The position numbers were made by a program, and so were the translations under genes. DNA of 64,000 nucleotides from Candidatus Kapaibacterium sp. (GTDB lineage: Bacteria; Bacteroidota; Ignavibacteria; Kapaibacteriales; Kapaibacteriaceae): NCBI GenBank assembly GCA_030833725.1, contig JAURGP010000001.1, positions 113,870-177,869 on the forward strand, written 5' to 3'. Within the stretch, counting starts at the first letter, position 1. Every line of letters begins with the position of its first letter. This document shows positions 11,001 through 20,357 of the stretch, piece after piece. The notes below the pieces were generated by a model that worked only from the letters and a program-made list of their open reading frames with translations, was not told the origin of the DNA and did not search any database.

Positions 11001-11763
11001 CGCTGATGTTCAGCACGGCATCGACGTCGCGATCATACAACGCGCTCACGGCAGCAATCACTGCTTCGGCGTAGTCGGTGGCATTTGCGAGGTTGCTGCC
11101 ATGGTCGAGGTAGTAGTTGTAGTCGCATTCCAGGGCAATGTCGATACGGTACTTCGACCCAGCCTGTGTAGACTCCCCACGTTTCCGTACTGGGCGATCC
11201 GGCAGTTCGGGTAGGTCGTCCGTGCTGCACCACCACGGTTCAGGTTTCTGCAGGTCGCTGTTCAGCACAACGGCAATGGGCGCTGGTCGGGCAGTATTGA
11301 GAGGACTCAAGTGATACGTTGGTTCAGCCCCCTTCACCATCGAGATGGTTCCGACAGCATACCCTGCGTACACGGACATCATGACATACGACTCGGGGTG
11401 GCCTTCAACGATTCCTGCCAAATGAACACTCTGAGGTGGAGCTACGGTAACCACACCTTGATCCGTTACAGCACGAATCTTCGTGGTTTCACTGATCACC
11501 CGATGGCGACGCAGATTCAGGGTAAGGGGCTGCCCATCAGGTACGGGCAGCTGGATGCGCACCTCGGCGTCGTCAGGTAGCGCCCGCACCTCCGAGAACA
11601 CGGCACCATTCACCTGCACAATCGGTCGTGAAGCAGGCAACGTAGCAGGCCGCTCCGAACTCGGCAGTTGATGGATCGTGAACAGCGATTGTTGAGCGGC
11701 AACGCAATCGTGCACCGTTGCCATCAGCACACATGCAAGGGCGAGAACAGGTAGCAGCTTCAT
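8098..11763 (-). CDS. T9SS-secreted metzincin-type zinc metalloprotease with 5-6 tandem Ig-like repeat domains
   Basis: 1221 aa. Signal peptide. HELGHNVGSRH matches HExxHxxGxxH. Repeated ~95-aa modules (TVHPQITATM..CGGEALAL.., TVHPALTATM..CGGEAAIL.., LPELTPSVEN..CAGQPLTI..). C-terminal T9SS CTD (AAGVYGLTVSSPDGSTYRATVMCW). Confidence 0.75.
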   Translation of the reverse strand: MKLLPVLALACVLMATVHDCVAAQQSLFTIHQLPSSERPATLPASRPIVQVNGAVFSEVRALPDDAEVRIQLPVPDGQPLTLNLRRHRVISETTKIRAVTDQGVVTVAPPQSVHLAGIVEGHPESYVMMSVYAGYAVGTISMVKGAEPTYHLSPLNTARPAPIAVVLNSDLQKPEPWWCSTDDLPELPDRPVRKRGESTQAGSKYRIDIALECDYNYYLDHGSNLANATDYAEAVIAAVSALYDRDVDAVLNISDLTIFTTTDPYPGTTTATLLTQLRTYWLNNHTNVERSVVHLFSGINNIGGIAYLNGLCNNFGFGVSGLDNVYTYPRTTYAWDTEVTAHELGHNVGSRHTHSCTWNPALDSCYAAEDGNCFTQTVPKTGTIMSYCHLTTGGISLQFHPTVQILLEGKLEDATCLTMISDMTVAAGSDVSVCFGNSTTLSGTVSGGTTPYAYSWLPTTGLTGATTLTPVATPTTTTSYVLTVTDDLGVVRRDTVVVTVHPQITATMSSSFEVCGGEALALSLGTMGGTAPYTVRWTAPNVDTTTATGALTRTFATSGTLTAVITDAKNCTKTLTASLTVHPALTATMESTMDVCGGEAAILQIVTPGGTAPYSVNWKSAQVDTTVTGTSFSFVPVDDQLLTATITDANGCERAVTTQLIVLPELTPSVENTYEVCAGQPLTINVAQVGGTPPYTFAWSGSDVNVTRPDSTLTFVPQRNQTVALVVTDANACTRALSTNVVVLPSPTVTVGTPPTKPCPNQTFELEARIASQDPVTVTWYANNQSIGTGRTITTSTPFAVTYTAIAVTPSLCADTAAVFVPVRMVNVQSITASIAVPDLDPCENIFETTVTVINRGADTATLTGVTAAQGAAQSTALPRRLAPGAQYTLPVVVTLTGTTTVADTIIVAELCGSDIRIPIAGERSTIGVDISDGRPAFPTRTLCDEPVERILEVVVRNTTSSSATVQSARLQTRNVSLQVLSGASIPANNSTVVRLRYRGTVTDQNEADVLLVSYQTPTCEGTIEQTVDVPWVRAELTAPQELVFDDPISPALEDVRIDTSLRIITNKAWPARISNVQITGPFRTDLSVGATLPTNTDAPFTVWFRPSQMQADGSASGELRIAVDSCGWLGEPILLQAERRVVSVQEDRSEAIEHRMDGTNLWIRATQAQLTMVDAAGRVVLQRSINGEQVINTSHLAAGVYGLTVSSPDGSTYRATVMCW

Positions 11764-11834
11764 ACGGTCACCTCCAAAGGATACCGGAAGTTACCGAATG
11801 ATCTCGCGTTATCGCGATGCTACGCTGGTCCCGC

Positions 11835-12386
11835 CTACGGCGTAAACGTCACGTGCCACACGCCTCGGAGATCACCCTCGGCGTATCCAGTTGCACGGTC
11901 GTCGGGGTAGGCAGCTGTAATCACTTCGGCTGTTTCCGGAGCGATGTGTTCACCAAGAGTACCATGGCAGGCCAAACACGGCTTGCTTAGAATGATCGGG
12001 CGATAGTAGTGGACAACGCCATTGTCGACGTCAACGGTTGGACGTAGGGAGTCGGAGGCGAGCTGACGCTGAGTGTAGAACTCGAGCGCAAGTTCCTCAA
12101 GCGCCGTGGCTCTGTCAACGGTGTTTCGAGGGCGCATCGTTGCGCGGCGGATCTGTGTACCTGATGCCCGAGATAGTGAGTCCATGAGCACCTGTGCTCT
12201 GCTGGCGCAAAAGGCCACAGCATTGGCAGGGCCCCCTGCCTTCAGGGCTGCCTGAAGTTCTCCCTGGAGTTTCTGCTGCGTGAGATCCGTCAGCGCGGTA
12301 CCACGGCGCTCGAACTCCGTAGTGTCAGGCCCACAACTAACAGCCCAACAGCTGATCATCAGAACCATTGTTATTCGCGACATCAT
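11835..12386 (-). CDS. DUF3365-like periplasmic protein with c-type heme-binding motif
   Basis: 183 aa. N-terminal signal/lipobox-like region. Single CxxCH (KPCLACHG). Confidence 0.5.
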   Translation of the reverse strand: MMSRITMVLMISCWAVSCGPDTTEFERRGTALTDLTQQKLQGELQAALKAGGPANAVAFCASRAQVLMDSLSRASGTQIRRATMRPRNTVDRATALEELALEFYTQRQLASDSLRPTVDVDNGVVHYYRPIILSKPCLACHGTLGEHIAPETAEVITAAYPDDRATGYAEGDLRGVWHVTFTP

Positions 12387-12447
12387 GTGACGTTCACCAC
12401 ACTAGATTGGGACTTCAGTAGTTTTCGAGCTCACATCGGAGTGTCGT

Positions 12448-13767
12448 ATGTCCTTACCCATAGCTGTTGCCTTCATCTTAGGATTCGTGATCGGTGCTGG
12501 AACCCTTTGGGTTCTTGTAGCCAAGCGATTGCGCACACCTGCCAGCATCTCCGACACGCTCGTAGCCGATCTGCGCCATATGGAGGATACCATCAACCAT
12601 CTGCGCACGGAAGTGGAACGTGAGCGTCACGAAGGTAAGACCCTGTTCGGACAACTTGAAGCGCGGAAGCAGGAAATAGCTTCGTTGCGAGAGCAGCTTG
12701 AACAGCAGCGTAACGTTGAGGATGTGATGCAGCGGGCCTTCCGCGACATTGCCAACGAGGGATTGCTCCAGCAGGGCCAACGCTTGAGCGAGCAGCAGCA
12801 GCGCGCACTTGGAGAGGTACTGGAACCTTTTCGAGTACGCCTGAAAGAGTTTCAGGAGCGCGTAGATGCCAACCAGCAGGTGGCTGTTCAAACGAATGCC
12901 GAATTGATGGAGCGCATTCGTACGCTCACGGACTTGAACCAGGCGGTGTCGGCCGAAGCGCAGAATCTTACGCGCGCACTTAAAGGCGACAACAAAGCCG
13001 CGGGAACATGGGGCGAGGTAGTATTGGACCGTATTCTCGAGGCAAGCGGGCTAACGAAGGAGCTGAACTATCGCACTCAGCACACCACCACAAACGTGGA
13101 TGGCGTTACGATCAAGCCAGATGTGATTGTTGATCTTCCCGATCACAAACACATCATCATCGACTCGAAACTCTCGCTCCAGGCCTACGATCGGTATAGT
13201 AGTCTGGACGATGGTGCACCGGGCAAGGAGGATGCCCTCAGAGCCCATGTGAACTCGATCAAGCAACACATTGCCGGACTCTCGGAGAAGCACTACCACA
13301 CCGGAGCTGGCCTGAACAGCCCGGAGTTCGTGCTCATGTTCTTCCCGGTGGAGCCCACGTTCTCGGCAACAATCGGTAACACGGACCTGTACGAGTATGC
13401 GTGGGAGCGGCACATCGTGATGGTAAGTCCCAGCACTCTCCTTGCCACGCTCAGAACAATTGCATCGATGTGGCGCATCGAGCATCAGAATCAGAATGCG
13501 CTGGACATCGCTGCACGCGCCGGGAAACTGTACGACAAGTTTGTGAACTTCGTTGCGGATCTGGAGGCGATCCGCGCAGGCGTTCAGAAAACGGAGAAGA
13601 GCGTGGACGACGCCTTCAACAAGCTGATTTCTGGAAGCGGAAACCTGATCGGTCAGGTGGAAAAGCTCAAGAGCTTGGGGGCAAAAGCACAGAAGCAGTT
13701 GCCGCGGCAACTGCTTCTTGAAGGTGACGGTCTTGAGGAAGAAAACCCTACAGAGCCTATGATGTAG
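12448..13767 (+). CDS. rmuC: DNA recombination protein RmuC
   Basis: 439 aa. N-terminal TM, long coiled-coil region, then conserved RmuC C-terminal domain. Confidence 0.8.
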   Translation: MSLPIAVAFILGFVIGAGTLWVLVAKRLRTPASISDTLVADLRHMEDTINHLRTEVERERHEGKTLFGQLEARKQEIASLREQLEQQRNVEDVMQRAFRDIANEGLLQQGQRLSEQQQRALGEVLEPFRVRLKEFQERVDANQQVAVQTNAELMERIRTLTDLNQAVSAEAQNLTRALKGDNKAAGTWGEVVLDRILEASGLTKELNYRTQHTTTNVDGVTIKPDVIVDLPDHKHIIIDSKLSLQAYDRYSSLDDGAPGKEDALRAHVNSIKQHIAGLSEKHYHTGAGLNSPEFVLMFFPVEPTFSATIGNTDLYEYAWERHIVMVSPSTLLATLRTIASMWRIEHQNQNALDIAARAGKLYDKFVNFVADLEAIRAGVQKTEKSVDDAFNKLISGSGNLIGQVEKLKSLGAKAQKQLPRQLLLEGDGLEEENPTEPMM

Positions 13768-14647
13768 CCACAGAGGTTCCCTCTTGATGCATCTGCTTTA
13801 TCCGCTCCAATCGCATCGACTTCGTCCGAAACTTCGGCACGAAGGGGGCTAGGAAGTACACACGGATAATGTACCACCAGAAACTCCGCTCGATCAGAGC
13901 TGGGTCGATCTTGTCGGCTACTTCGGCATGCAGCTCTGGAGCCTTGCTCCAGTGCGAGCCGGCTTTGTCGTGGTGGACGGTATGGAATCCGTTGTTGAAG
14001 AGCATTTTGTTCAGGAAGCCGGTGAAGTTCCGTGAGTGGTTGTACACGGACTCTTCGTCGGCATGGACGTGCTGGACGTAGTTGAAGACGAGAACGCTAA
14101 ACAAACCCACCTGCTGTGGAATGATCACGTACAGAAGAGCCTTCTGCCAGTCCAGGATCAGAAAGGTGATGATCCACACCGCCAACGCAACGTACTGACC
14201 GAAGGCCAACCAGAACTTGCGGCGATCACCTCTCCAGAGGTTACGGAGATAGTCGCGGATGGGCTTCTGTTGGTAGTACGAGCTCATCGTTGGGTACAGC
14301 AACAGCATCAGCAGTGTGTTATTCTCCGTGAGGCGATACGTAATGGTGTAGTCGCCCTCGCGATTGTTCATGCGATGGTGGTTCATGTTGTGCGTAGGGA
14401 TCCACGCAAAGGCTGGGAAGCCATAGAACACCGTTAACCAGTAATCGGTCAGGTGGTTCAGGAATGGCTTCTTCCAGATGGGTAGGTGGTTGTGGTTATG
14501 CGCAATCACCGTGACGGCAATCGACAGAAAGAGATACAGAACGTAGAGCACGGGATGAAATCCCACCACGGTCCACTGAAGCGCAAACACTGCGGTAGTC
14601 ACGAGCATGTAGGCCACTGTTCGCAGATCGGCCTGATATCGAAGCAT
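13757..14647 (-). CDS. membrane fatty-acid desaturase family protein
   Basis: 296 aa, multi-TM. Histidine boxes HNHNH, HNMNHH and HTVHH. Confidence 0.7.
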   Translation of the reverse strand: MLRYQADLRTVAYMLVTTAVFALQWTVVGFHPVLYVLYLFLSIAVTVIAHNHNHLPIWKKPFLNHLTDYWLTVFYGFPAFAWIPTHNMNHHRMNNREGDYTITYRLTENNTLLMLLLYPTMSSYYQQKPIRDYLRNLWRGDRRKFWLAFGQYVALAVWIITFLILDWQKALLYVIIPQQVGLFSVLVFNYVQHVHADEESVYNHSRNFTGFLNKMLFNNGFHTVHHDKAGSHWSKAPELHAEVADKIDPALIERSFWWYIIRVYFLAPFVPKFRTKSMRLERIKQMHQEGTSVATS

Positions 14648-14758
14648 ACGCCAGAACTCCCCTCATCGATGTGTAAATTGGCACTTCACAAGTTGGCGTG
14701 CAGAGTCCAATCTATCAAAAACCCACGCATCATCTTATTACTCTACAGTTACCCTGCC

Positions 14759-15193
14759 ATGAAGAAGCATCCACTGTTCGCTTTTTGTACCGTACTCTTT
14801 GTCGGCGCGATTCTCCTGACGTCGTGCAAGGAAGACTCTCAGCCCGTCGACCCAACACCAAGTCAGATCGACTCGATCTCCTACGTTAGCACCAACGACA
14901 CCATTGCTGTTCGTGTCTGGATGCAGACCTACACGGGATCGACTATCCAGCCGGCAATGTTCTTCCTTGGACCCTACACGAATCACTCGATCGAACTGGA
15001 AGTAGACTCGATGGTAGCTGGTACGGTTACCGTGGCCTACCTGAACGGAACAACCGTCGTATGGCAGCATACCATCACGACGGCTGAATCCAGTTGGAGA
15101 GCTGAAGGTGAGACTGGCAGTGCCTTTGATGCCATCAGGTTTCAGGCTACCGATGCTACCGGCGTTGTCCGTTTACGGACGGAGCCCCGCTAG
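14759..15193 (+). CDS. hypothetical lipoprotein
   Basis: Start at MKKHPLFAFCTVLFVGAILLTSCKED (signal peptide plus lipobox Cys). No recognisable domain. Confidence 0.5.
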   Translation: MKKHPLFAFCTVLFVGAILLTSCKEDSQPVDPTPSQIDSISYVSTNDTIAVRVWMQTYTGSTIQPAMFFLGPYTNHSIELEVDSMVAGTVTVAYLNGTTVVWQHTITTAESSWRAEGETGSAFDAIRFQATDATGVVRLRTEPR

Positions 15194-16502
15194 TACTGGC
15201 CAGAGCAAGACTCGCACTGCGGGACAGCGCCCACGCTCGTCCCTGTTCAGACCATATCGCAACGGCAACGTACATCGGATCAACACCTCGTACAGATGCG
15301 GGCAGCTTCTGCTGAATCTTTTGTACCGTGGTGGTAGACACCGAGTCGTACGTAGCACGAAGTGTTTTCAGGTTGGGCAGCGCCACACTCACCATCCGGA
15401 GTGTGTCCAGACTAATGTCATGTTCGGTTGCCAGCACCTGCGATACAACATGTGGAACCACACCGTGGTAGCCCATGTTGCGCTCGATACTCCGCCCTTT
15501 GGGGCTGTACAGGTGCTGGTATGAAACGGCAATGGACTTCCCAGATGGCAGATCATACACAACCAGACTGGTTCCCTTGCCATACGTGGTGTCGCCCACA
15601 ACCGTAGCGTAGCCAAGATCCTTCAGCCCCGAGGCGATCATCTCGGCTGCGGAGGCTGTGTTACCATTCACCACCACCACGACGTCGAAGCCATGGCAGT
15701 AACCCTGCGATGAGGCACGGACGTACTCGTACGTACCAGACCGATCCTGAGTCATGTACAGCAGATCCTGTTCTTTGGCGAACAGCTTGAGGGTTTCCTC
15801 TGCACCATGCACACTTCCACCACCACAGTTACGCAGGTCCAGCACAACTCGTGAGATACCTTTGCGCTTCCACAGTGCAGCAGAGAATGCCAGACTAAAA
15901 CCTGTGTTGGAGGTAATCGTGGTCACCTGGACATAGGCGGTAGGGGGCTCGAGGTAGATGGTCAGGCCATCGGGATACGTAGCCTTTACTGGAATCTTGA
16001 TCTTGATGGTCGCGCCTCCGCGTTCAACCGCGAGCATGATTCCGGCTCGCTCGGCAGCAACGACGGCTCGCATCGCTTCGGTCCACGTCATGCCTGTCGT
16101 TGAGGTTCCATCAATCGAAAGAACCCGGTCGCCAAGGCAGACGCCAGCATCGTAGGAGGGAGAGCCGTAGTCCACACGATCAACGAAGATGCCCTGACGA
16201 TCTCGGCCAAACTCCATTCCGAGATCGTAGCTCTTCTCGTCAAAGAGCGAGCGGTAGTCGTTGTCCTTACTCTCGAAGACGTGCGTGTATGGATCCGTGC
16301 CCATTAGGATACTGTCCACGGTAGATCTCTGCAGTACCGTCAGCGGTACATCGTACAGATATCGCGAGCGCAAGATCTCGCGTACGGCCTCTACATCGCG
16401 ATCAGGACCGGCCTGGCCCTGGGAGCGAGCTGGTACCATCTGCATCATCATCGCCGCAATCGTAGCTACAGCGGCGGCGGCAACCTTCACGGTAGAACCC
16501 AT
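15156..16502 (-). CDS. S41 family C-terminal processing peptidase
   Basis: Signal peptide MGSTVKVAAAAVATIAAMMMQMVPARSQ. PDZ-like region. Catalytic-region motifs GNTASAAE and TYGKG are typical of S41/tail-specific proteases. Confidence 0.7.
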   Translation of the reverse strand: MGSTVKVAAAAVATIAAMMMQMVPARSQGQAGPDRDVEAVREILRSRYLYDVPLTVLQRSTVDSILMGTDPYTHVFESKDNDYRSLFDEKSYDLGMEFGRDRQGIFVDRVDYGSPSYDAGVCLGDRVLSIDGTSTTGMTWTEAMRAVVAAERAGIMLAVERGGATIKIKIPVKATYPDGLTIYLEPPTAYVQVTTITSNTGFSLAFSAALWKRKGISRVVLDLRNCGGGSVHGAEETLKLFAKEQDLLYMTQDRSGTYEYVRASSQGYCHGFDVVVVVNGNTASAAEMIASGLKDLGYATVVGDTTYGKGTSLVVYDLPSGKSIAVSYQHLYSPKGRSIERNMGYHGVVPHVVSQVLATEHDISLDTLRMVSVALPNLKTLRATYDSVSTTTVQKIQQKLPASVRGVDPMYVAVAIWSEQGRAWALSRSASLALASTSGAPSVNGQRR

Positions 16503-16607
16503 GACAACCTCCATGATGAATGGTGAGGAATTGCCGTGAGGATAGGCGTCAGCCGTGACAGACGCTGTCATGCGATGCGGTATTGCCGCAGTGCGCAAGA
16601 TCTCACA

Positions 16608-17249
16608 TCATTTCGAGTTCTCACCTGATCGATACAGGTGCGTCATGTTGATCTCCGTCCACGAGTGGACATGCAACTTTCGATAGATGTTCCGAATGTG
16701 GGTACGGACTGTTTCTACGCTAATGAACAGGCTGCTGGCAATGTCCTTGTAGCTGCGGCCTGTCGCAAGAATGTGCAGGATCTCCAACTCCCGTTGCGAG
16801 AGTTTACCAACCGGCATGTCCGATCGAACGACGGTGCGAAATGCCTGGAGAACCTTGCGTGCAATCGGGCTGCTCATGGGAGAGCCCCCTGCAGCAGCTT
16901 CACGAATCGCCTGAGCCAACCCACCTTCGACGTACACTTTTCCGAGGTAGCCTACGGCACCTGCTAGGATGGCGGAGTAGATACGCTCGTAGTCCTCGTA
17001 GGCGCTCACCACCATGAAGGACGCTTCCGGCATGCGCGTGCGCAGCTCCGTTATCAGAGCTGTGCCTGTGCTATCCGGTAGCACAAGATCAACAATCACA
17101 ATCTGCGGCTCGGCAGGTGGAAACAAGCGCAGAGCCTCTGCGGCGGTTGCGGCAGTCGCTACCATTTCGATGTCGTCTTCAGGCTGGAGGTCGCGCACAA
17201 AGCCAGCGAGCTCATCAGCATGATCTTCAACGATAGCGATGCGAATCAT
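16608..17249 (-). CDS. two-component response regulator, NarL/FixJ (LuxR-type HTH) family
   Basis: 213 aa. Receiver domain (VIVDLVLPD) and C-terminal LuxR HTH (LSQRELEILHILATGRSYKDIA). Overlaps the upstream kinase by 4 bp. Confidence 0.85.
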   Translation of the reverse strand: MIRIAIVEDHADELAGFVRDLQPEDDIEMVATAATAAEALRLFPPAEPQIVIVDLVLPDSTGTALITELRTRMPEASFMVVSAYEDYERIYSAILAGAVGYLGKVYVEGGLAQAIREAAAGGSPMSSPIARKVLQAFRTVVRSDMPVGKLSQRELEILHILATGRSYKDIASSLFISVETVRTHIRNIYRKLHVHSWTEINMTHLYRSGENSK

Positions 17250-20200
17250 AGGTTGTTGTTCGGTAGAGTAAGTCGAACGGTTGTTCCCTTATCTACCTGC
17301 GAAACTACGGATAACTCCAACCCCGATCGTAGTGCTCGTTGCCGCATACTTTCCACACCTAATCCGGTTTTCGGACTCTCAATATCGAATCCAGCACCGT
17401 TGTCTTCTAACCGAAGCGACACACCATGGTCATCAACCTGAACCTCGTAGGAGATTACCGTTGCACGGCTATGCTTGATCGCATTGGTAAGTGCTTCGGT
17501 AACGATCAACGTGATGTCTCGCAACACCTGCGGTGCCACATTCAACTGCGGAATCTCTAGTGGCAGCATGATATGTGCTTCTAGCCCAGATTCCTCTGTT
17601 GTTGTGCGCACGCGCTCCGCAAGAATCGCTACAACGGCATCCAGTTGGTGCACCTCTGCTACCGACCAGATCACATCACGCAGGTTCCGATTTGCTTCAC
17701 GCACGGCACGCTGAATTCCGGTGCTGGTATCATGTTCAGCCATCGTCTTTGCCAACATGTTGATCCGCACCAATTCAGCACCTACAGCATCGTGCAGATC
17801 GCGTCCAATAGCCACGCGTTCCTCAAGGCGATCTTTCTCCCGTAACTCCTGCTGCCGTTTTCGCCGCAGTTTCACATACTGGAAGCCAACAACAAACAGC
17901 GTGAGCAACGTCGCACCCGTCATCACCCGAAACCACGTCGACTCAGCCAACGTGGGCTGTACGTTCAGGACAATCGGAACCTCGATCGGCTGGTCCTCTG
18001 CGACGATACGCAGTAGATGTTCCCCAGAGGGAATGTCGGTAAGTGTTACAACGGCACCCGCTGCGGCTGAGATGGTGCTGTCGTTCCACGGCAGGTGCAC
18101 GAGCAGTGGTAATGATACACTGCCATACTGTCCGGGGCGCGCCACGATAAGCTCCACGGCACGGTCTAGATTGACTAGGTCGATGATGGCTCCGTCACTG
18201 CCAACACGATACGATTCCGCATCAAGTGATTTATAGGCAACCAATGTGCCACCGGGTTGCCTTCTGATGCCTAACTGTTGTCCGACCACCAGGCCACGAG
18301 GACTGGTGATTCCAATGGATCCATGATCGTCGGCATACTGTAGTTGGGTTCGTCGGGAGTAACCGAGTATTGAATCCGCCACTGGTGACAGTACCATTCC
18401 GTGTGATCGTGGATCAACCACGAGTACACTGTGTGGCAGTAAGAGGTAGAGCGAAGAATCCTGCCGGAGCAACGGATGAAACTGATCAAAGTATCTCGGT
18501 TCTGCATCTTCCTTTGTGATTGCCCGTACTGGTAGTGATGCCTTCATTGTTCGTGTTGGATTCCGGGCATCGACGAGGAATCTGCTGAACAACTGACGCT
18601 CGTAGTTCCTCAGAAAGTACACATGGCTCCCAGGTGCACAGCGGATGGGATTCAGCGATAGAAGAGGATGCTCCTGTGTAGCTTCTGATTCAAACGTGAG
18701 AAGAGATCTACCATGGTACAGGTGAACGGCGTTGACTCGAGACGAGTTGATACCCTCCGGTTGAAGCGTGATCTGATGCATTTCGCCAATGTGTGGATTC
18801 ACCCACCATACGCCTCGTGACGTTGCTGTTACCAGTAATGTGTCGGACACTGCAATTGCATGGTTCACCGTGTCCGTCCACGGCCGTCCATCCGAAGTTC
18901 TTAAAGGCTTCAGATTCTCGGGTACTTCGAATGTTGTTCCCTTGCCAAACTGATGCGCAAAAAAGAACCAGAGAGAGTCTGCAGTGCCACTTGTAGGAAC
19001 AACGGCAGTTGCAGGTTTACCCTTCCAGGGCACAACATGCCAGTTGTACTGCAGGGTCGTAAGCCAGGCCGTAGAATCTGGATTTTGCTTTACAACGCTG
19101 GAGAGATCCACGCGGTTGCTTACGTCATCGTACCCATCCTGAACTAATGTGTCGTTCAGGATGCGAACATCACGGTACGGTTTCTTCTGGTCTTCCAGTG
19201 CAGAGAGAGCCAACAGACGATTTCCAGCACGCAGGTAGGTACCACTGAGTGTTGACACCCATTGCCATGAACGATGATCCGTTGCCGTGCCGGTCAGGTA
19301 CTCCAGCTCGTCTACCGTTGTGATAGGGCGTGGCTGCTCGTGCGTTCGCATCGGAAGAAGCTTCTGCAACCGTTGACGGTAGTTGGGCTTCCGATCCGTT
19401 TTTTGAGGCAACGTAGATGCCTTGGAACGTGCCTCGTCGATAATTGCAGCAAGGCGACGTCGGTAGGGGGCCCATCGTACTCCGGCCCGAATAAACCTCA
19501 GAGAATCGTCTAACACACCACGACAGATCGAGGAGCGAACTGTTGGATCACCAAGCTGATAGGAGGGCGTGCGCTCAAACACCTGTAATCCTTCGTGCAA
19601 CTCCCGCTCTGCTTGCGCCACGCTATCAAGCGAGGCATAGGCACGAGCCATGATCATTCCGCCCCATGCCTTGGCTCCATCATACTGGGCGTTTGTGGTA
19701 CGGACAACATCCCGCACGACTCTCATGTGGTAGAGTGTCGAATCGTAGTGTTGGGTTGCGATGAACAGCCACGCCATATTCCGGCGTGCATCGGTTGAAT
19801 ATGCGGGATGCGGATTCCCAGCCGTCTTGCGATACCATTGAATCGCCTTGACCGTATCACCGGACTTCTTCAGGGCATGAGCTATGGTCATATCTACCGC
19901 CACGATAAAACGCTCATCTTTCAAGAGTCCACGACGGATCATAGTGGCGTAGATCGACAGATCGTAGTTCTCCGTATCGAAGGATATAATGGAGACAGCT
20001 TCATAGTATGCCTCCGTAGCTCTTCCTGCACGATCAGCATGGGCCGCTGCTTGGATAGACTCAAGGATCGTAAGAGCAGCGTCGGTGTGCCCGACACTTC
20101 TAAGCACCAAGGCGCTGTCGATTAGCACCGCTAACTCGTCGCTTCGGTCCTCGGTGGAAGGATCGTTCGGTACGTTGTTAGGTACGTTGTTCGTGCAGCT

Positions 20201-20269
20201 ACCGAGCAGGATCGCGAGCAGAACTCCAACAATGGTGGGGCCGATGCTATGCTGTGTAACTTGCTGCAT
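17246..20269 (-). CDS. hybrid-architecture sensor histidine kinase (TPR repeats, beta-propeller/Y_Y_Y-like periplasmic region, HisKA_3 and HATPase)
   Basis: About 1000 aa. N-terminal signal/lipobox-like LLAILLGSC, TPR-like region, internal TM (ATLLTLFVVGFQYV), HisKA_3 motif (RDLHDAVGAEL), HATPase_c. Start taken at MQQVTQ (20269); the ORF extends to 20374. Confidence 0.8.
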   Translation of the reverse strand: MQQVTQHSIGPTIVGVLLAILLGSCTNNVPNNVPNDPSTEDRSDELAVLIDSALVLRSVGHTDAALTILESIQAAAHADRAGRATEAYYEAVSIISFDTENYDLSIYATMIRRGLLKDERFIVAVDMTIAHALKKSGDTVKAIQWYRKTAGNPHPAYSTDARRNMAWLFIATQHYDSTLYHMRVVRDVVRTTNAQYDGAKAWGGMIMARAYASLDSVAQAERELHEGLQVFERTPSYQLGDPTVRSSICRGVLDDSLRFIRAGVRWAPYRRRLAAIIDEARSKASTLPQKTDRKPNYRQRLQKLLPMRTHEQPRPITTVDELEYLTGTATDHRSWQWVSTLSGTYLRAGNRLLALSALEDQKKPYRDVRILNDTLVQDGYDDVSNRVDLSSVVKQNPDSTAWLTTLQYNWHVVPWKGKPATAVVPTSGTADSLWFFFAHQFGKGTTFEVPENLKPLRTSDGRPWTDTVNHAIAVSDTLLVTATSRGVWWVNPHIGEMHQITLQPEGINSSRVNAVHLYHGRSLLTFESEATQEHPLLSLNPIRCAPGSHVYFLRNYERQLFSRFLVDARNPTRTMKASLPVRAITKEDAEPRYFDQFHPLLRQDSSLYLLLPHSVLVVDPRSHGMVLSPVADSILGYSRRTQLQYADDHGSIGITSPRGLVVGQQLGIRRQPGGTLVAYKSLDAESYRVGSDGAIIDLVNLDRAVELIVARPGQYGSVSLPLLVHLPWNDSTISAAAGAVVTLTDIPSGEHLLRIVAEDQPIEVPIVLNVQPTLAESTWFRVMTGATLLTLFVVGFQYVKLRRKRQQELREKDRLEERVAIGRDLHDAVGAELVRINMLAKTMAEHDTSTGIQRAVREANRNLRDVIWSVAEVHQLDAVVAILAERVRTTTEESGLEAHIMLPLEIPQLNVAPQVLRDITLIVTEALTNAIKHSRATVISYEVQVDDHGVSLRLEDNGAGFDIESPKTGLGVESMRQRALRSGLELSVVSQVDKGTTVRLTLPNNNL

Positions 20270-20357
20270 GAACTGTAGTGGCCGCCTAATACAACTGCTT
20301 GTGGTGTTCGTGTTCCAGAACGCGTGCATGGTGGGACAGATATCAGGTTCGTCTGTG

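Noticed and set aside
15156-15193. 38-bp convergent overlap between the lipoprotein gene end and the S41 peptidase gene end.
   Set aside because: Probably just tail-to-tail overlap or a slightly mis-set C-terminus. Cannot be resolved without homologue alignment and has no obvious significance.
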